Assembly: GCF_001194135.2 (NCBI RefSeq)
Contig: NC_068996.1
Span: 24,006,216-24,070,215, forward strand
Reading direction: 5' to 3'
DNA from: Octopus bimaculoides
Lineage: Eukaryota
DNA: 64,000 nucleotides
In this document: positions 62,360 to 64,000 of the stretch, piece by piece
Position numbering within the stretch: the stretch's first letter is position 1
How the letters are laid out: the number at the start of each line of letters is the position of its first letter
Notes under the pieces: model-generated
The model's input: the letters and a program-made list of their open reading frames with translations, nothing else
The model's database searches: none
Told to the model about the DNA's origin: nothing
Made by a program: the position numbers and the translations under genes

Positions 62360-64000
62360 GACTTAACAAAATAGCCAAGACTAAATGATCAGGTCCTTTT
62401 CTCTCCCTCTATTTATTTTTTTGCCCTAACAGCCTTTATAAATAAATGAATGGGCATCACATATTGATATATACATCATTCACCTGGTGGCAAGTGAAGT
62501 TAACACAGGATGGCGTGTTGTTGCTGCTGTTGTCGTCATCAATAGTTGCAGTGATCAAATATAGACGAAGGACGGATGTGATTTATTAAAGAATTACTTC
62601 TACATGTTTCTGACACTGATGAAATACTTCTGTGAATCAGCTCTTTGTAACAAGGTGCAAACACACTTGTTTGCTGCAAAGAAGTTTGCTGGACATCATC
62701 ATCTTCAAGTCCATTTTTCTATGCCTGCATTCAGAAATGGTTGTTAAAATTTAGACGGAATTTCCTGAGGCACATTTTCTCTAAGGCCAGATGCTTTTCC
62801 TGTCACCAACCCTTCTTACCTGTTTCCAAGCAGAGTAACATTTCCCCTCTCACTAGACATGTTTTTCACAGAAGACTGGAAACAAACATCACTTCAATGA
62901 CGCCACCGCCGCTGTCGACGACCGTCATCATCATCATCATTATCATTTGCCTCAAGACATTTTATTTTTCTCAGTGCTTTACTGATTCCACTATTCTAAA
63001 ATGTAGGAGCGGCAACGGCCTCATCATCATCATCATCATCATATAATATTTTTGTTAACATTTAATTATTTATGTATTTTAATTTATTTTATATTGCAAT
63101 ATCTAAACAATAATGTTGCCTGTTCTAGGAGTGGAGGGAGGGGGAGGGTCATTGACGAGATCACAACTGATAGGTGTCTTGTATTCTGGAGACTGACAAA
63201 GACTTGTTTACCCACATCATCATCAATGTCAGCTTCTGCATGCTTGAAAGGGTCAGGAGGAATTTGTTGAAGCTGAGTGTCTATGGCCAGATGCCTTTCA
63301 TGTTGCTAACCATCACTTGTTTCCAAGCAAGATAATATTTCTCACGGCCAGACAGGTTTCCACAGAGGATAGGTAGCAAACGATACTGCTTGTATGATAG
63401 TGACACCTGTTTACAGCAATGATGCAATGTCAAAACAAAGAAACACATACACACAAAGATATACATGCACACAATGGGCCATTTTCAGTTTCCATCTACC
63501 TATTCCATTCATAAGGTTTTGGTTGGACTGAGGCTCTAGTAGAAGACATTTGTCCACGATGCTTTGCAGTAGGAATAACCCAGAACCACATGATTTGGAG
63601 GCAAGCTTCTTAACCACAGAAGAAATTAATTTTGGATGTGGGAACATTTCTGCCCATTGATTGAATCAATTAGACAAAGTTACAAAGCTAATTTAAGCAT
63701 GACTTGAACACAGAATGTAGATGGGGCAGGACTGGAAAAAAAAAAAAAAAGTGGTATTTTTGTCTCTAATGCCTACCAATACTGCAGCTTCCATCAATAT
63801 GTTAGGATAACAAGTTTTAACATTTAATAGCAATAAGACAGGAAGGAAAAAAAAAAAAAAGCACATACACACCCACATAAACAATAAGAGAGAGGACAGT
63901 AGGAGGTAGAGAATGTAAAGGTAGAGAAAGAGAGAGAAGGGGGAGAGAAAAATAAAGATGAAGAAAGAGAAGAGGAGGAGGCAAGAGGTTGAGGTAGAGT

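Overview
AT-rich eukaryotic genomic DNA from a gapped draft assembly. Many N-runs are flanked by (TA)n or (CA)n microsatellites. The repeat content points to an octopus (coleoid cephalopod) genome; this is an inference from the tRNA-derived SINEs, RTE-type LINE remnants and microsatellite load. The window is dominated by mobile-element debris: at least 3 tRNA-SINE families, RTE, R4/Dong-like and CR1-like LINE fragments, two TTAA-flanked piggyBac-like MITE families, a hAT-like MITE, Helitron and Helentron-type non-autonomous elements, and a decayed DNA-transposase fragment. No host protein-coding gene can be named. Several short splice-site-bounded candidate exons exist on both strands, including a possible 5' end of a minus-strand gene at about 62.2-62.5 kb and possible microexons. 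The most notable signal is a 129-bp, ~96% identical inverted repeat at 42485-42778. Each arm carries a minimal hammerhead-ribozyme-like core of the Penelope-like-element type, and a degenerate relative sits at 52701. All long ORFs in the supplied track are gap or microsatellite artefacts. Boundaries of degenerate repeats are approximate.
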